Under the pieces are notes generated by a model. That model had not been told where the DNA came from. It made no database searches and worked only from the letters and a program-made list of their open reading frames with translations. A DNA stretch of 64,000 nt. Origin: Octopus sinensis. Its lineage: Eukaryota. Made by a program: the position numbers and the translations under genes. The number at the start of each line of letters is the position of its first letter. Position 1 is the first letter of the stretch. Positions 1-12,420 of this stretch are shown here, piece after piece. The stretch is taken from positions 72,354,001-72,418,000 of the forward strand of contig NC_042998.1 in the NCBI RefSeq assembly GCF_006345805.1, in the 5' to 3' direction.

Positions 1-1260
1 GGCGGTGGTCAGTCCAACACTCAGCTCTACGAAGTACACGAACACACTGCACATCCTGTCTGTCACGCACCCTAACTAGGATGCAATCCAGAATATGCCA
101 TTCTTTAGATGCAGGTTGCATCCATGTAGTCTTAAGCTTATTCTTTTGTTGAAACATATTTGTAACACACAGACTCACCTCATCACACATCTGCAGCAAA
201 AGCATGCCATTACTATTACATTTCCCCACCCCATGCTTTCCAATTACAGTCCATATGTTAAAATCCCTAAGTCACCCAGTATGATGACTTTGTCTGCCCG
301 AGGGATATTTCTTATAATGCCCTTCAAAGCATGGTAGAAAGAAAGTTTTTTGTCGTTAGTATAGCACATAGTTGGAGCATACACACTAACCAAGCTCATA
401 TAATTTCCTTTAGCCAAAGGAATTCTCATGGACATAATACGCTCGTTAATTCCGATTGGGAATTCTTCCAACTTGTCCACTAGAGTAGTCTTAACAGCAA
501 ATGCCACTCCAGCTTCTTCTCTAAGCTCTTCATCTCTCCCTTTCCAAAAGAATGTATATTTTCCACAAGATTCTGTAAGATGACCATCTCCAGGTAATCT
601 CGTATCAGATAAAGCAACGATGTCAAGATCATAGCGTTGAAGCTCCTTTGCAACAAGCGCAGTCCTTCTTTCAGGACATTCAGAGGACTTGTGGTCTAGC
701 AGTGTCCGTACATTCCAACAGCCAATATTCATTATTTTCTTTGGTTCTATCACAATAGCATGATGACGGCCGGGTTCAGACTGTGATGCTCTGGAGCCCC
801 TGCCGGGCCAGAATCTTTCAGCCGGTGTGGTTCCAGAGTCCCTACTGCCATTTATTTTTATACTGTTTTGGTACATCATTGATTTTTGCTTTTTAAGGCT
901 ACAGCAACCCATTCAGTTGAGACTTACAGCACTATCAACAATCAGGAATTAGTTAATCACTTTAATCAATCCAATGTAGTTATCGTGAAATATCTGTGCA
1001 AAAAGTTTTTTTTTAAAGTGAGGAAAGGCTGTGCGCTGAGTTAATCCCACTCACTAAGCAACAGCAGCCATAATCCGAAAAAAGAACAAGTCAACATCAT
1101 CGGTAACCACTGAGCCGCAGGTTTTATGTCGGAGTTATCCCAGTTACCTGAGTTACCTTCTCCTAGAAGGATGCCCTAACAGAGGCTAAGAGTCCTTCAC
1201 ACCAATGGTTTAACCGCGCGATCGGGTATTCAATCCGATTATTTCTATGTCCCCGCGCAT
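1..1260 (-). mobile_element. RTE-clade LINE, 5' UTR plus APE endonuclease domain, running off the left edge
   Basis: ORF 244-912 reads IGCWNVRTLLD...RTALVAKELQRYDLDIVALSDTR...GVAFAV...SVYAPT...ILGD. After a short deletion/frameshift near 270 another frame continues GKHGVGKCNSNGMLLL...TWMQP...WHILD...ECWTDHR to position 1. The 5' UTR limit is approximate. Confidence 0.9.
244..912 (-). pseudogene. APE endonuclease N-terminal part of the RTE ORF, frameshifted
   Basis: APE motifs WNVR, GVAFAV, YAPT and GD are present. The expected GDFNARVG motif is broken (GDLG then stop). Confidence 0.85.
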
Positions 1261-1847
1261 GATACAGCCTTAATCCTTTAGAAGAAAAAAACATTTATTG
1301 GAAGCCGTTGACTCTCAAGAGTTCCTCCGCCCTTTGACGGGTTTTGTTTTTCATCTCGTAGGGTGTCCAATAAACACCCTCATCACCAAGCAAGCTTTGT
1401 GGGGTCACCGGTTTAGTCACCGACGACCCGACCATGCAACAGGTTGTTCTGGGTTACATGTTACCTGTAGCACTCGAAAGTGACCTGACATACAAAAAAA
1501 TACAGTTATATGTACAATCAAAAGATGTAAGGATACAATGGCTGGTGAGGAAGAAAGTAGGATTTAAATTCGCTTCGTGTATATATTTCTGTGCGGTGCG
1601 TGCTGATATATAAAACTGTGTGTACGGGTTTTCTAGAAAAAAATGTGTGTATGATTTTTCTAGAATTCGTGATGTACTTACACATATATTTACGAAGTAG
1701 AATGGCTTGTTTTCGATCGTGGTTGCTGCACATAGTAACACAGATTTACATCAAGGAGGCACAGTTATTTTCTTTTTGTAGAATCATTAAAGGTACTGTT
1801 CCAATGTCCAAGGAATGTACATATATATATATATATATAATTATATA

Positions 1848-3450
1848 TACTAGCAGAATTGCCCGGCGATGATTGGGGCTGAATTGCTTGAAAGTACTGT
1901 TTTTGCTTGCACTGAATTATGATGATTATTCAGGCTAATATTGATATAAGTTTACGGCGAATGAATGTATTTGTAAGTGTATAGAAAGCCGTGTAAAGGT
2001 GTTCCTACCCCCTCGTAGAATGGTGTAAGAATTGAATGCGAGGTTGCATTGAAAACATCCATGTTATTGTTCTCATAATTGTAAGAATTTGATAGTCATG
2101 GAAGGCGGTGTAAAACATTCGCAGGTGAATAGGGTCTCTTCGATTTCGTGCTGTTACAAAACTTCATGCAGTGTTAAAAGAGAATGGATGCCCTATGTAG
2201 GCAAGAGGGGAATGAAGCATGGGTAAGTAAATATGGGTAATTTATAAAATATAGAACATGCATGTATATATATGTATGTATGATTGTATATATGTACAAA
2301 ATCCACTGAGAAGGCTTTTGTTGGTCTGAAGCTACAGCAGAAGACACATGCCGAGTCACCACACAGTGGGACTGAACCCAGGACCATGTGTTTGGAACGT
2401 AGTTTGTTACCACACAGCTACACCTGTCCCTATGTATGTGTGTGTGCGTATGTGTGTATGGGTAGATATATTATGGATGTATATATGTGTATATATATAT
2501 GTGTGTACATATTGCATGTACATCTATATATATACATCTACACATAAAATACAAAATACAAAGTTATATCTTGATATCGCTAGTGATAACAATACTCAAA
2601 ATATATAACAGACTGGAATTGTAGGCCCATTTCGATCAATTGAATCTTATTCTCCCTCTTGTATGGAAGTGTACGGCTGCAGCGAAATTCATTTTTGGAC
2701 TTCCTTCTATCGAAGGCATTTTAACAAAAATGCTTCCGTAAAGACGGTGAAAATATTGTCAATTTCCCCAAACAGGGACACAATTCAATTTTTAAACAAT
2801 AACCGAAGCCCCTTCTCCGAAAGGGGGAGGGTTACGGTTTACAATTATTTAACAAATGCAACACAACGACGTTTTCCTGACGGGGAACCAACAAACGTGA
2901 TTACAATAGTCAAACAGTAATAATAATAACAACAAACCTTTTTAAATTATCCCCATTTATGTGAAACCACTTATTCAAGTTCAAGTCATTGATGCAATTT
3001 TATACAAATTGCTAATACACATACACATAATAAGGGTGAAAAATTGAATATTAATTTGATTAATATGAATTGAAAACCAGTGATATAGCATATAAACCAT
3101 AGTGGATCTTCCTCTAGCAAAAAGGATGACCAGTATTAATGGCTCATCTCTGTTATATAAATACTTTCACTTTAATTGTTGCACACTTGCAAAGAGAAAT
3201 TAGGAGAAAGTGTGGTGGAAATGGAAGGAGTGAAGCACTTGAAATGAGAGAGGGAAATCGTAAAATATTGAGTTTTCTCGAATTTTTGCTTAATTGGGGG
3301 TGAAATTGAAAAAACTTTACATGGCATGACCCAATGGAATCTACTTCGAAACTCATAGGTAAATTCCAATTGAAGAAATTCTATATTGTAAAAATGTATT
3401 AAAAAGAAACATGGGAACAGGCAGAGAAAATCTGCCTTTTATCGTAAGAT
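1848..3450 (+). mobile_element. Possible non-autonomous Helitron-like (Lep1/HINE-type) element with a nested SINE
   Basis: Starts TACTAGCAGAATTGCCCGGCG after (TA)n. Ends with hairpin GGCAGA-gaaaa-TCTGCC (3420-3436) then TTTTATCGTAAGAT and (TA)n. No coding capacity; the family call rests on remembered end motifs. Confidence 0.45.
2295..2430 (-). mobile_element. tRNA-derived SINE, 5' part (same family as 4847)
   Basis: The reverse complement gives GTGTAGCTGTGTGGTAAC...GGGTTCAGTCCCACTGTGTGG, homologous to the head at 4847. Confidence 0.8.
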
Positions 3451-3451
3451 A

Positions 3452-3509
<58 letters not shown>

Positions 3510-4339
3510 CAGATACCTATATAGTCTTTCCAAAGAGATGGGTTATTTCCAGGCAGTGGAAGATTTTGAACTTCTTTTCAAGTTAAAATGATACCATGTG
3601 CTGTATACGTGTGTGTATATATATTCTGTTTTCCCCTTTGTATCTCAGATGGTTTTTCTTTAAATATGTCTTGTTACGTTTTCATCCAAAAGTTATTCAG
3701 ATAATAATTTGATTTGATTTATTCTTTTGTTCCGATCAAAAATCGCAGTTAATTTTGAAAATTCATAAAATCAATTATTTTCAAAATTTATAATTACTAC
3801 ATTCGCAAAAGATTATTCCTGCTTAATATATTTCACTTTATATTTCCTCAAGTCAATACTCAGTCATTCGGGAAGACATTCAAGGCTTTTTTGAGTTTTA
3901 TTTATAATAGCCTTCGCAGCTTTTCAGAAATTTCTTGGCGATTTTCTAGGAGCTTAAAAAAGCACATGTTGATCGGAGCCGACCGGATATATATATATAT
4001 TATATATATTATATATATATAATATATATATATATTCTGCATCTTTCTTTCTTTCTCTCCCATTCCCTTTTTCGTCTTTTTTTCCCTCACTTACTTGTCT
4101 CTTCCTCTCTCCTCTCATTCTTCATTCTCTCTCTCCCTTTCACCATTCTTCATGCTCCTCGCACCATTCCCCTTCTTCTCTCTCTTCCTCTTGCTCCTCC
4201 TCCCCCATTCCCGTCGTCCATCTGCGACGATACTTCCGTCGTAACTGCTATCCTGTCTTTTCTCGCCCGCCTTGTAAGGCTACTGGTCGACATATTTTCT
4301 CTCTCTCGTCGTCCACGATAATCCAGCGTTTGCAATACT

Positions 4340-4810
4340 TTTTTCGTCTGGCGTTAACAGCCTTCTTATCTTGTTCTCCTTGTCCTGTCTCTCACTGTTA
4401 TATATTTATTTTCCCACTGTTTATATATATATTTTTTACTGTTTATATGTTTGTACTGTCGTTACCGTCTTGCTTTTTTTTACCCCTCTGCGAAAAGATC
4501 TCAGAATTTTAATTGATTTGCTTTTCGCGGGAAGGAAGTTTTCTTCGAAGTAACGTCTCGCTTTTATCCTTCGAAACGTTAGTAGATGAAACCTTAGCGA
4601 CTGAAGAAGGGGATTTTTTGTTGTGATTATTGTCCTGTATCTCTCTCTTTTTTTGCTTGTCTTGTTCCTTGGTTTGTGTCTATGTTTTCGTCTCTCTATG
4701 TTTTCGACGTCTTTTTGGTGTCCTGTACACATATATGCGTGTATATGTACATGTAGAGGTAGGTACGTACATATATGTTTATATATATGCATATGTTTCT
4801 ATTTTATTAA
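4340..4810 (+). repeat. Interspersed repeat related to copies at 6000-6435 and 6760-7200
   Basis: Shares GAAGG...CCTTCGAAAC, a downstream CTGA(T/A)GA and the TGTCCTGTAC...GTAGGTACGTACATATATG tail with the other two copies. Confidence 0.6.
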
Positions 4811-4846
4811 CTTATATATATATATATATGTATACATATATATATA

Positions 4847-5008
4847 GGCGCAGGAGTGGCTGTGTGGTAAGTAGCTTGCTAACCAACATCATTGTTCCGG
4901 GTTCAGTCCCACTGCGTGGCACCTTGGGCAAGTGTCTTCTGCTATAGCCCCGGGCCGACTAATGCCTTGTGAGGGGATTTGGTAGACGGAAACTGAAAGA
5001 AGCCTGTC

Positions 5009-5051
<43 letters not shown>

Positions 5052-5260
5052 GTATGTATGTGTGTGTTTGTGTGTTGGCAACCGATGCTGGTGAGTTTAC
5101 GTCCCCGTCACTTAGCGGTTCGGCAAAAAGAGACCGATAGAATAAGTACTGGGCTTAGAAAGAATAAGTCCCGGGTCGATTTGTTCGACTAAAGGCGGTG
5201 CTCCAGCATGGCCGCAGTCAAATGACTGAAAGAAGTAAAAGAGTAAAAGAGAGTAAGAGT
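4847..5260 (+). mobile_element. tRNA-derived SINE with CORE-like segment (octopus OR-like family)
   Basis: A-box-like TGGCTGTGTGG, B-box-like GGTTCAGTCC, CORE-like CCTTGGGCAAGT, internal (TA)n/(TG)n and a GTAAAAGA repeat tail. Confidence 0.85.
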
Positions 5261-5285
5261 ATATACACACACATACATATATATG

Positions 5286-5319
<34 letters not shown>

Positions 5320-5716
5320 TGTATATATACACTCCGAATCTAAAGTAGAAGACACTTGTTTACGGTACCACAGAGTGGAAGTGGAACAGAACCATGTAAT
5401 AACCTAACCTCTTATCATACAGCCATATGTATATGTACACACATAGCTAGATTAGCCTTCATGCTGGCAAGAAGGGACTAACATCCCTGTGTGATTAATC
5501 CAACTAATGCAGTATTGCTTGATGAAATGAGTCAAAGATGATAATTAATCGGATGCCCACGAATACAGCGGACTATGCTGTACTCATCCCAAAGATACGG
5601 ATTCTCTATATTAAAGTCATGTAATTTGTGGGCACACGCGTAGCTATGTATTAAATATTGATAAGTTCCGTCCTAGTATTATTGTTATTATTATACATAC
5701 ATACATACATACATAC

Positions 5717-5788
<72 letters not shown>

Positions 5789-5939
5789 AGGCTAACGGTT
5801 TGGATGTGTAGCTGATACCCTCCGTGAACATGTCAATGTTTAAGGCGGACATTTTGAGAATTTACAGGACATTGTACAATAATTTAAATAAAATAAAATA
5901 TACATCTATACCACTGTAAGCCTACTTTTGCACAATTAT

Positions 5940-5979
<40 letters not shown>

Positions 5980-5999
5980 GATATATGTAAGTGTATTTT

Positions 6000-7200
6000 T
6001 ATCTTGTATTATATTGTGCAGTTTTATTGTTACATCCTGTTTGTGTTCTTACCCGTTTTACCCCGCTGCTTGGAATTTTAATTTAATTCTCTCGCAGGAA
6101 GGCCTGGTTGACGATGTGTCCTGTCTTGCCTTCGAAACACGCTGGGTTAACTACCGACAGCTGATGACGGTGAATTTTTCGTTGTGTAGCATGTCCTGTA
6201 CTTGTTTTCTTGTAAAATTTTTGTTTTTCCCGTTTCTACGTCTTGTTGTGGTGTCCTGTACTAACGTATATTTATTTATATATGCATGTATATATACATG
6301 TAGGTGTAGGTACGTACATATATGTTTGTATGTATGCATATATTTTTATTTATTACATTATTGTCTGACAGCGCCTCGCGTCAGGTTCATTTAGAATCGT
6401 CGGTTCGTTCAACTTCTTGTCTCCATTTAATTTTTATATAAATATTTAAGACGCGAAATTCTCTCCCTTTGCTTTACCCTCTCCACTCTTTCTCCCTCTC
6501 ACTTTTCCTCTTTTCTCTCTCTTAGCCGCGTGTCCCCCCCTCCTTCCTTCTTTCTCACTGCCAGCCTAAAAATTTCTTTCTTTTGCACGCTGCCTCTGCT
6601 ACTGAAAAGTCATGCTTTCCACACGCTGCCACACAACATCTTTCGTCTAGCCAAAAAATGGCCTTTTCGTTTGTTTGTTTTATCTCAATTGTTCTCTTGT
6701 TTGTTTGATTTCCCGTATTGTATTCTCTTATTATTTCTCGTCTTTTGTACATGTATTTTTATCTTGTATTTTATTGTGCAGTTTTATTGTTACATCCTGT
6801 TTGTGCTCTTACCCGTTTTACCCCGCTGCTTGGAATTTTATCTTAATTCTCTCGCAGGAAGGCCTAGTTGACGATGTGTCCTGTCTTGCCTTCGAAACAC
6901 GCCTGAGTTAACTAGCGACAGCTGATGACGGTGGATCTTTCCTTGTGTAGCGAGTCCTGTACTTGTTTTCTTGTTGTAATTTTTTTGTTTTCCCGTTTCT
7001 ACGTCTTGTTGTGGTGTCCTGTACTTACGTATATTTTTTATATATGCATGTATATATATACATGTAGATGTAGGTACGTACATATATGTTTGTATGTATG
7101 CATATATTTTTATTTATTACATTATTGTCTGACAGCGCCTCGCGTCAGGTTCGTTTCGAATTGTCGGTTCGTTCCACTTTTTGTCTCCATTTAATTTTGA
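6000..7200 (+). repeat. Two direct, diverged ~430-bp copies (6000-6435, 6760-7200) of an interspersed repeat
   Basis: Both run TTGTGCAGTTTTATTGTTACATCCTG...GCCTTCGAAACACGC...CAGCTGATGACGGTG...GACAGCGCCTCGCGTCAGG...TCTCCATTTAATTTT with scattered substitutions. Confidence 0.8.
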
Positions 7201-7227
7201 TGTATATATATATATATATATATATAT

Positions 7228-7492
7228 GGAGGCGCAATGTCCCAGTGGTTAGGGCAGCAGACTCGTGGTTTCGATTCCCAGACCGGGCATTGTGAGTGCT
7301 TATTGAGCGAAAACTCCTAAAGCTCCACGAGGCGCCGGCAGTGGGTGGTGACGATCCCTGGTGTACCCTTTCGCCGCAACTTTCACTCCTTCTTCTGTTG
7401 GCCTGCTCGCTTAGCCAGTGGAGTGACGTCATTTGAAGGCTAAAACTGTGACCAGCGATCTGTTGCAACATCTGATAGCCTTGTCGGTATAT
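7228..7492 (+). mobile_element. tRNA-derived SINE, second family
   Basis: Head GGAGGCGCAATGTCCCAGTGGTTAGGGCAGC...GGTTTCGATTCCCAGACC has A- and B-box-like motifs; flanked by (TA)n and (CA)n. Confidence 0.65.
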
Positions 7493-7507
7493 ATTATACA
7501 CACACAG

Positions 7508-7547
<40 letters not shown>

Positions 7548-7703
7548 TTTGACTATTTATTAAAATTTTATGTATTGATTAAGTCTTTCCTTGTTTGTTT
7601 TGCAAAATAGTGGTTTTGTCTCTAATAATATTTTATATATATATATATATACACATACACGCACACACACACACGCGCGCATACACGCACACAAACACAT
7701 ATT

Positions 7704-8032
7704 CAGGCGCAGGTGTAGTTTTGTGGTAAGAATCTTACTTCCCAGTCACATGTTGCCAGGTTCAGTCCCACTGTATAGCATATTCAGCAAATGTCTTCTT
7801 CTATAGCCTCCAGTCGCCATGTTTTTGTCGCTGCTTGTTCAAACTCCGCTTGACAACCGGTGCTCTTGTTTTGACCTCCCCATAGCGTAGCAGGTCGACA
7901 AAAGGGCCGACTAAAGAAGTATTATGCTTTAAAAAATAACAAGTCCAAGGGTCGATTTCTTCCACTAAATAAAAAAAAACTTCAAGGAGTTGCTCAAGCA
8001 TAACTGCAGTCGACTGACGGAAACAGGTCTAA
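7704..8032 (+). mobile_element. Diverged tRNA-derived SINE (4847 family)
   Basis: GGCGCAGGTGTAG...GTGGTAAG...GGTTCAGTCCCACTG head and GCAGTCGACTGACGGAAAC tail homologous to 4847-5260. Confidence 0.75.
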
Positions 8033-8750
8033 CAATTCAAGAAGAAGGAGAAGAAGGAGAAGGAGAAAAAGGAAAGGAGAAGTAGCAGATGGAAAAGGAA
8101 GAAGAGAAGGAAGAAACAATCGACGAGAGGTAATCAGTGTATCAGGACGAAATATAGGGTAAATTCTCCGAATGTTCAGTCAGTACGTATTCACCAGTAT
8201 AAAAATTTCATTGAAAGGGTGAAAAATTATTTACCACGTGCAACATGAATAAACAGAGAAAGAGTAAGGCAGGCGTGATTGAAAACGATGACAACAACGA
8301 TTGCCACAATAATTGATGGTGAGATGAAAGTGAATAGAAGAAAATTAAAATAATTATAAATATGAAGATAATACATATTCATCGGCAAAATTTCCACTTC
8401 TTTATTTTTCTATGTTTCTAAAATTTAACTAGTAAGTGTAGCAGTAAAAGAGAATGTCTCTCCCCAGACACAACAGAATATGCTTCAACACACGAGCTCT
8501 CATAAAGAATCTTGCAAACGAAACCCAAATACGAAATGATAATACAGTTCTATATTTAAGAGACGAGGAATTATGTACATAATTTACATTATTTACAAAT
8601 GACGTATATTTGTCCTCATCTTGTTTGTTGTTATTACAACATTTCGACTGATATACCCTCCAGCCTTCATCAGGTTTCTTGGGGAAATTTCGAAATTTCG
8701 AAATTATTAATATTATTATTATTAATATTATTAATATTTTATTATTATTA

Positions 8751-8784
<34 letters not shown>

Positions 8785-8799
8785 TTATTATTATTATTG

Positions 8800-8859
<60 letters not shown>

Positions 8860-8923
8860 CATTTATTCATTATTATTATATGTTATATTATTATTATTAT
8901 TATTTTATTATATATTATTATTA

Positions 8924-10720
8924 TAGCGTGCTTCCACTTTACTATCTGTGTGTATTGGCATATCCCAGAGTATGGATGCTTTCTCGTTTTCTGTGACCTT
9001 TTCTGGTGTGTGCCTATACCATCTTTTTTCTGTTGTTATTCCATAATGTCGGCATAGTTTCCAATGTATGTAGGTTCCAACTCTGTCGTGTATGTGAATA
9101 TATTCCTTCTTAGCCAGGACTGGGCTGCTAGAGATAATATGATTTATTGTTTCTTGTCCATCTCCATATATTCTGCAGTTACTTGTAATATTTCTTTTCA
9201 TTACATGTGTTTGGTAATTTCTGGTAGGGGGGCTTTGGTCTTGTGCTGCAATTAAAAATCCCTCTGTTTCTGCTTTGAGTCCTGAGCTTCTCAACCTTTG
9301 TTGGGATTTTTCTTTGTCTATTTCTTTTGCGTTTAGTTTAGTCCAGTATTTACCATGAAGGGGCTTTTCTTGCCATCGTTTTATCATGGTTCGTTGCTGT
9401 TCTATTTTTAGTTTGGATTTCATTTGTTTAATAGCTTTTGTTGTTTCTTCTTCTTCTTCTCTTCTTCTTCTTCTTCTTCTTCTTCTTCTTCTTCTTCTTC
9501 TTCTTCTTCTTCTTCTTCTTCTTCTTCTCTTCTTCTTCTTCTTCTTCTTCTTCATGTTTATAGGTGGTATGATTTCTTGTTTGTATTTGTCAGCTTCCTT
9601 AAATACTGAGAACAGTTTTTTGTTTTGCTCGTGTTTTGCCGCTATCTGGATCAGTTTTCCTTCCTTCTGAAGTAGATATTTTTGCAGTCCTATGGTGGTT
9701 ATTTTGTAGTAGTTTTCCAGCTGTATAAGGCCTCTACCACCTTCTATACGTTGTATATATAGTCTTTCTATGTCAGATTTTGGGTGATGCATCCTAGATC
9801 CTGTCATTATTTTTCTTGTTTTCCTATCTATTTTGGTCAGTTCATTTCGTGCCCAGTTAAGGATATTGTAGCTGTAACTTATAACTGGGACAGCTAAAGT
9901 GTTGATACCTATTATCTTGTTTTTAGCATTGAGCTCTCTTTTTAGTATTGATCTAACTCGTCTATAATATTCTTTTTTTTATTTTCTCTTTCATTTGTGT
10001 GTGTTGTGTCTTATCTAGTTCATGGATTCTAAGTATTTGTAAGTTCGGCTTTGGTCTAATCTTTTATTTCATTGGGTTTGTCTAGTGTGATGTTGTTACT
10101 CTTAACTAGTTTTCCTCTTTTCATGGTTATTTGGCGCATTTTTCTAATCCAAATTGCATATCTATTACTTTGGTAAATCCATGAACTGTCTTTAATAGTG
10201 TTTCCAGCTGTTTGTCATTTGCAGCGTATAGTTGTAGGTCTTCCATATATAAAATGTGGCTGATCGTTTTGCCGTAACATTTATATCCGCATCCAGTTCT
10301 AATTAGTAGAAAAGGAGTGGAGAGAGCGTGTCTCCCTGTAGAAAAGGAGTGGAGAGAGCGTGTCTCCCTGGAATATTCCTCTTCTAATGGGGATGTCTTT
10401 GGTTTTCATGAGTCCCTCTTTGTTTGGAGGTGTAGGACTGTTTGCCATTATTCATAGAGTGCTCTATGAATCTTATGATTGTGGTGTGCTACTTTGTTAA
10501 TGGCTAGTGTTTCGAGGATCCATGTGTGGGGGATGCTATCAAACGCTTTTTTGTAGTCAATCCAGGCCATATGAGGCCTTTCTTCTTTCTGTGGCTGTCT
10601 TCAGTTATGGCTTATTAATCATTAGTTGATCTTTACAGCCATATGAGCCTTTGCGGCATCCTTTCTGCTCTTCTGGAACAGTTTGTTTTCGTCCAGGTGC
10701 TTGTTCAGCCTTTGCGATAT
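8924..10720 (-). mobile_element. R4/Dong-type RLE non-LTR retrotransposon, family A copy 1 (5'-truncated, internally deleted)
   Basis: Encodes GIFQGDTLSPLLF, LYMEDLQLYAAND, MHHPKSDIERLY, WQEKPLHG, AAQDQ, a degenerate CCHC region, HDRVG and ILWDMPIHTD. Its 3' end abuts a (TAA)n tract at about 8700-8923. Confidence 0.9.
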
Positions 10721-10861
10721 CTTATTTTCCGAGCACCTTCAGGAGCATTCGAGCGATAAGAAGCAGTGCTGTTTTCTGCAAGTGCTCCACTCTTATTGCA
10801 GCCGCTATTTGTTCCACTATTGCTATTCTTCTTCTTTATCATCTTATCTAATATCTTATTA

Positions 10862-10919
<58 letters not shown>

Positions 10920-10982
10920 TTATCATTATTATTATTATTTTTATCATTATTATTATTATCAATATTATTATCATTATTATTA

Positions 10983-11044
<62 letters not shown>

Positions 11045-11243
11045 GCCCCTGCACAGCTTTTAACGCTGGAGATGTAATACAGTTTCAACTTTTCACTAAC
11101 AGTGGACTAAGTTAACACCTCTTATTTTCCGAGTACCTTCAGGAGCATTCGAGCGATAAGAAGCAGTGCTGTTTTCTGCAAGTGCTCCACTCTTATTGCA
11201 GCCGCTATTTGTTCCACTATTGCTATGCTTCTTCTTTATCATC
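10721..11243 (-). mobile_element. Extremely 5'-truncated RLE retrotransposon (family F, 11044-11243) with TAA tail, plus a duplicate of its 123-bp coding part (10721-10843)
   Basis: The minus strand reads IAIVEQIAAAIRVEHLQKTALLIARMLLKVLGK-stop, resembling the LQK..L.GTA.ILRK.L C-terminus of R4-type proteins. It is followed by a 77-bp 3' UTR and (TAA)n at about 10860-11043. Confidence 0.7.
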
Positions 11244-11300
11244 ATCATCATCTTCTTCTTTTCTCTTCTCCTTCTTCTTCTTCTTCTTCTTCTTCTTCTT

Positions 11301-11331
<31 letters not shown>

Positions 11332-11460
11332 TTTTCTCTTCTCCTTCTTCTTCTTCTTCTTCTTCTTCTTCTTCTTCTTCTTCTTCTTCTTCTACTTCTC
11401 TCTCTTCTTCTTCCTCTTCTCTTCTTCTTTTCCTCCTCTTCTACTTCTCTTCTTCTTATT

Positions 11461-12273
11461 ATTCAGCAGTTTTATTTTTATAACGTGCTTTCACTGCAAT
11501 ATCGAGCGCAGCTCTGTGTGCCATGGGTATGTGCTGTGATTTGTTTCATGCTCTGAAGGGTTACTGTATTGAAAGTGTTCTGCAAAATATGTGTGCAGTG
11601 TCTAGTAGTGCAATTTTCTGTATGTTATATGTGTTTGTAAGTCCTGGTGCTTTTGTTATGTATTTGTCTGAATATTTTTTATCATGCCTAATGCACCTAC
11701 TATGATAATAATTGTTTCTGTTTTCAGATTCCACATTCTAGTTACCTCTATTTCCAGGTCTTTATATTTTGAAAGTTTCTCCATTTCTTTTAGAGATACG
11801 TTGTCATCTGCTGGTATTGATACATCAATTAGAAAGCATTTTTTCCTTCATGATCTCTGACAACTATATCTGGTCTGTTGGCCTTAATTTCTCTATCTGT
11901 GTGTATTGGCATATCCCATAGTATGGATGCTTTCTCGTTTTCTGTGACCTTTTCTGGTGTGTGCCTATACCATCTTTTTTCGGTTGTTATTCCTTAATGT
12001 TGGCATAGCTTCCAGTGTATGTAGCTCCCAACTCTGTCGTGTCTGTGAATACATTCCTTCTTAGCCAGGACTGGGCAGCCAGAGATAAAATGATTTATTG
12101 TTTCTTGTCCATCTCTACAGTCTGCAGTTACTTTTTATATTTCTCTTCATTAGATGTTTTTGGTAACTTCTGGTGGTGAGGCTTTGGTCTTGTGCTGCTT
12201 TGAGTCCTGAGCTTCTCAACTATTGCTGCGATTTTTTTTTGTCTATTTCTTTTGCATTTAGTTTAGTCCAGTA
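11461..12273 (-). mobile_element. R4/Dong-type family A copy 2, 3' fragment
   Basis: Colinear with 22571-23450 (RLE domain and 3' UTR). Flanked by (GAA)n/(TAA) at the 3' end and (TAG)/(TAA)/(TGA)n at the truncated 5' end. Confidence 0.85.
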
Positions 12274-12286
12274 CTATTATTATTAT

Positions 12287-12333
<47 letters not shown>

Positions 12334-12363
12334 TTATTATTATTATCATCATCATCATCATTA

Positions 12364-12420
12364 TTCAGGTCACTGCCTGGAATTGAACTAGGAATCTTGG
12401 GGTTAGTAGCCGGCGCTCTT
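12364..12420 (-). mobile_element. tRNA-like SINE head fragment
   Basis: The reverse complement contains CTAGTTCAATTCCAGGCAGTGACCTGAA (B-box-like) next to a microsatellite. Confidence 0.45.

Noticed and set aside
4847-4920. tRNA genes at SINE heads
   Set aside because: They have A/B-box-like motifs but no cloverleaf and continue into SINE bodies.
4530-6950. Hammerheads in the 4.3-7.2 kb repeat family (GAAGG...CCTTC-GAAAC and a downstream CTGATGA)
   Set aside because: No CUGANGA precedes the helix in any of the three copies, and the permuted type II arrangement lacks helices I and II when paired by eye.
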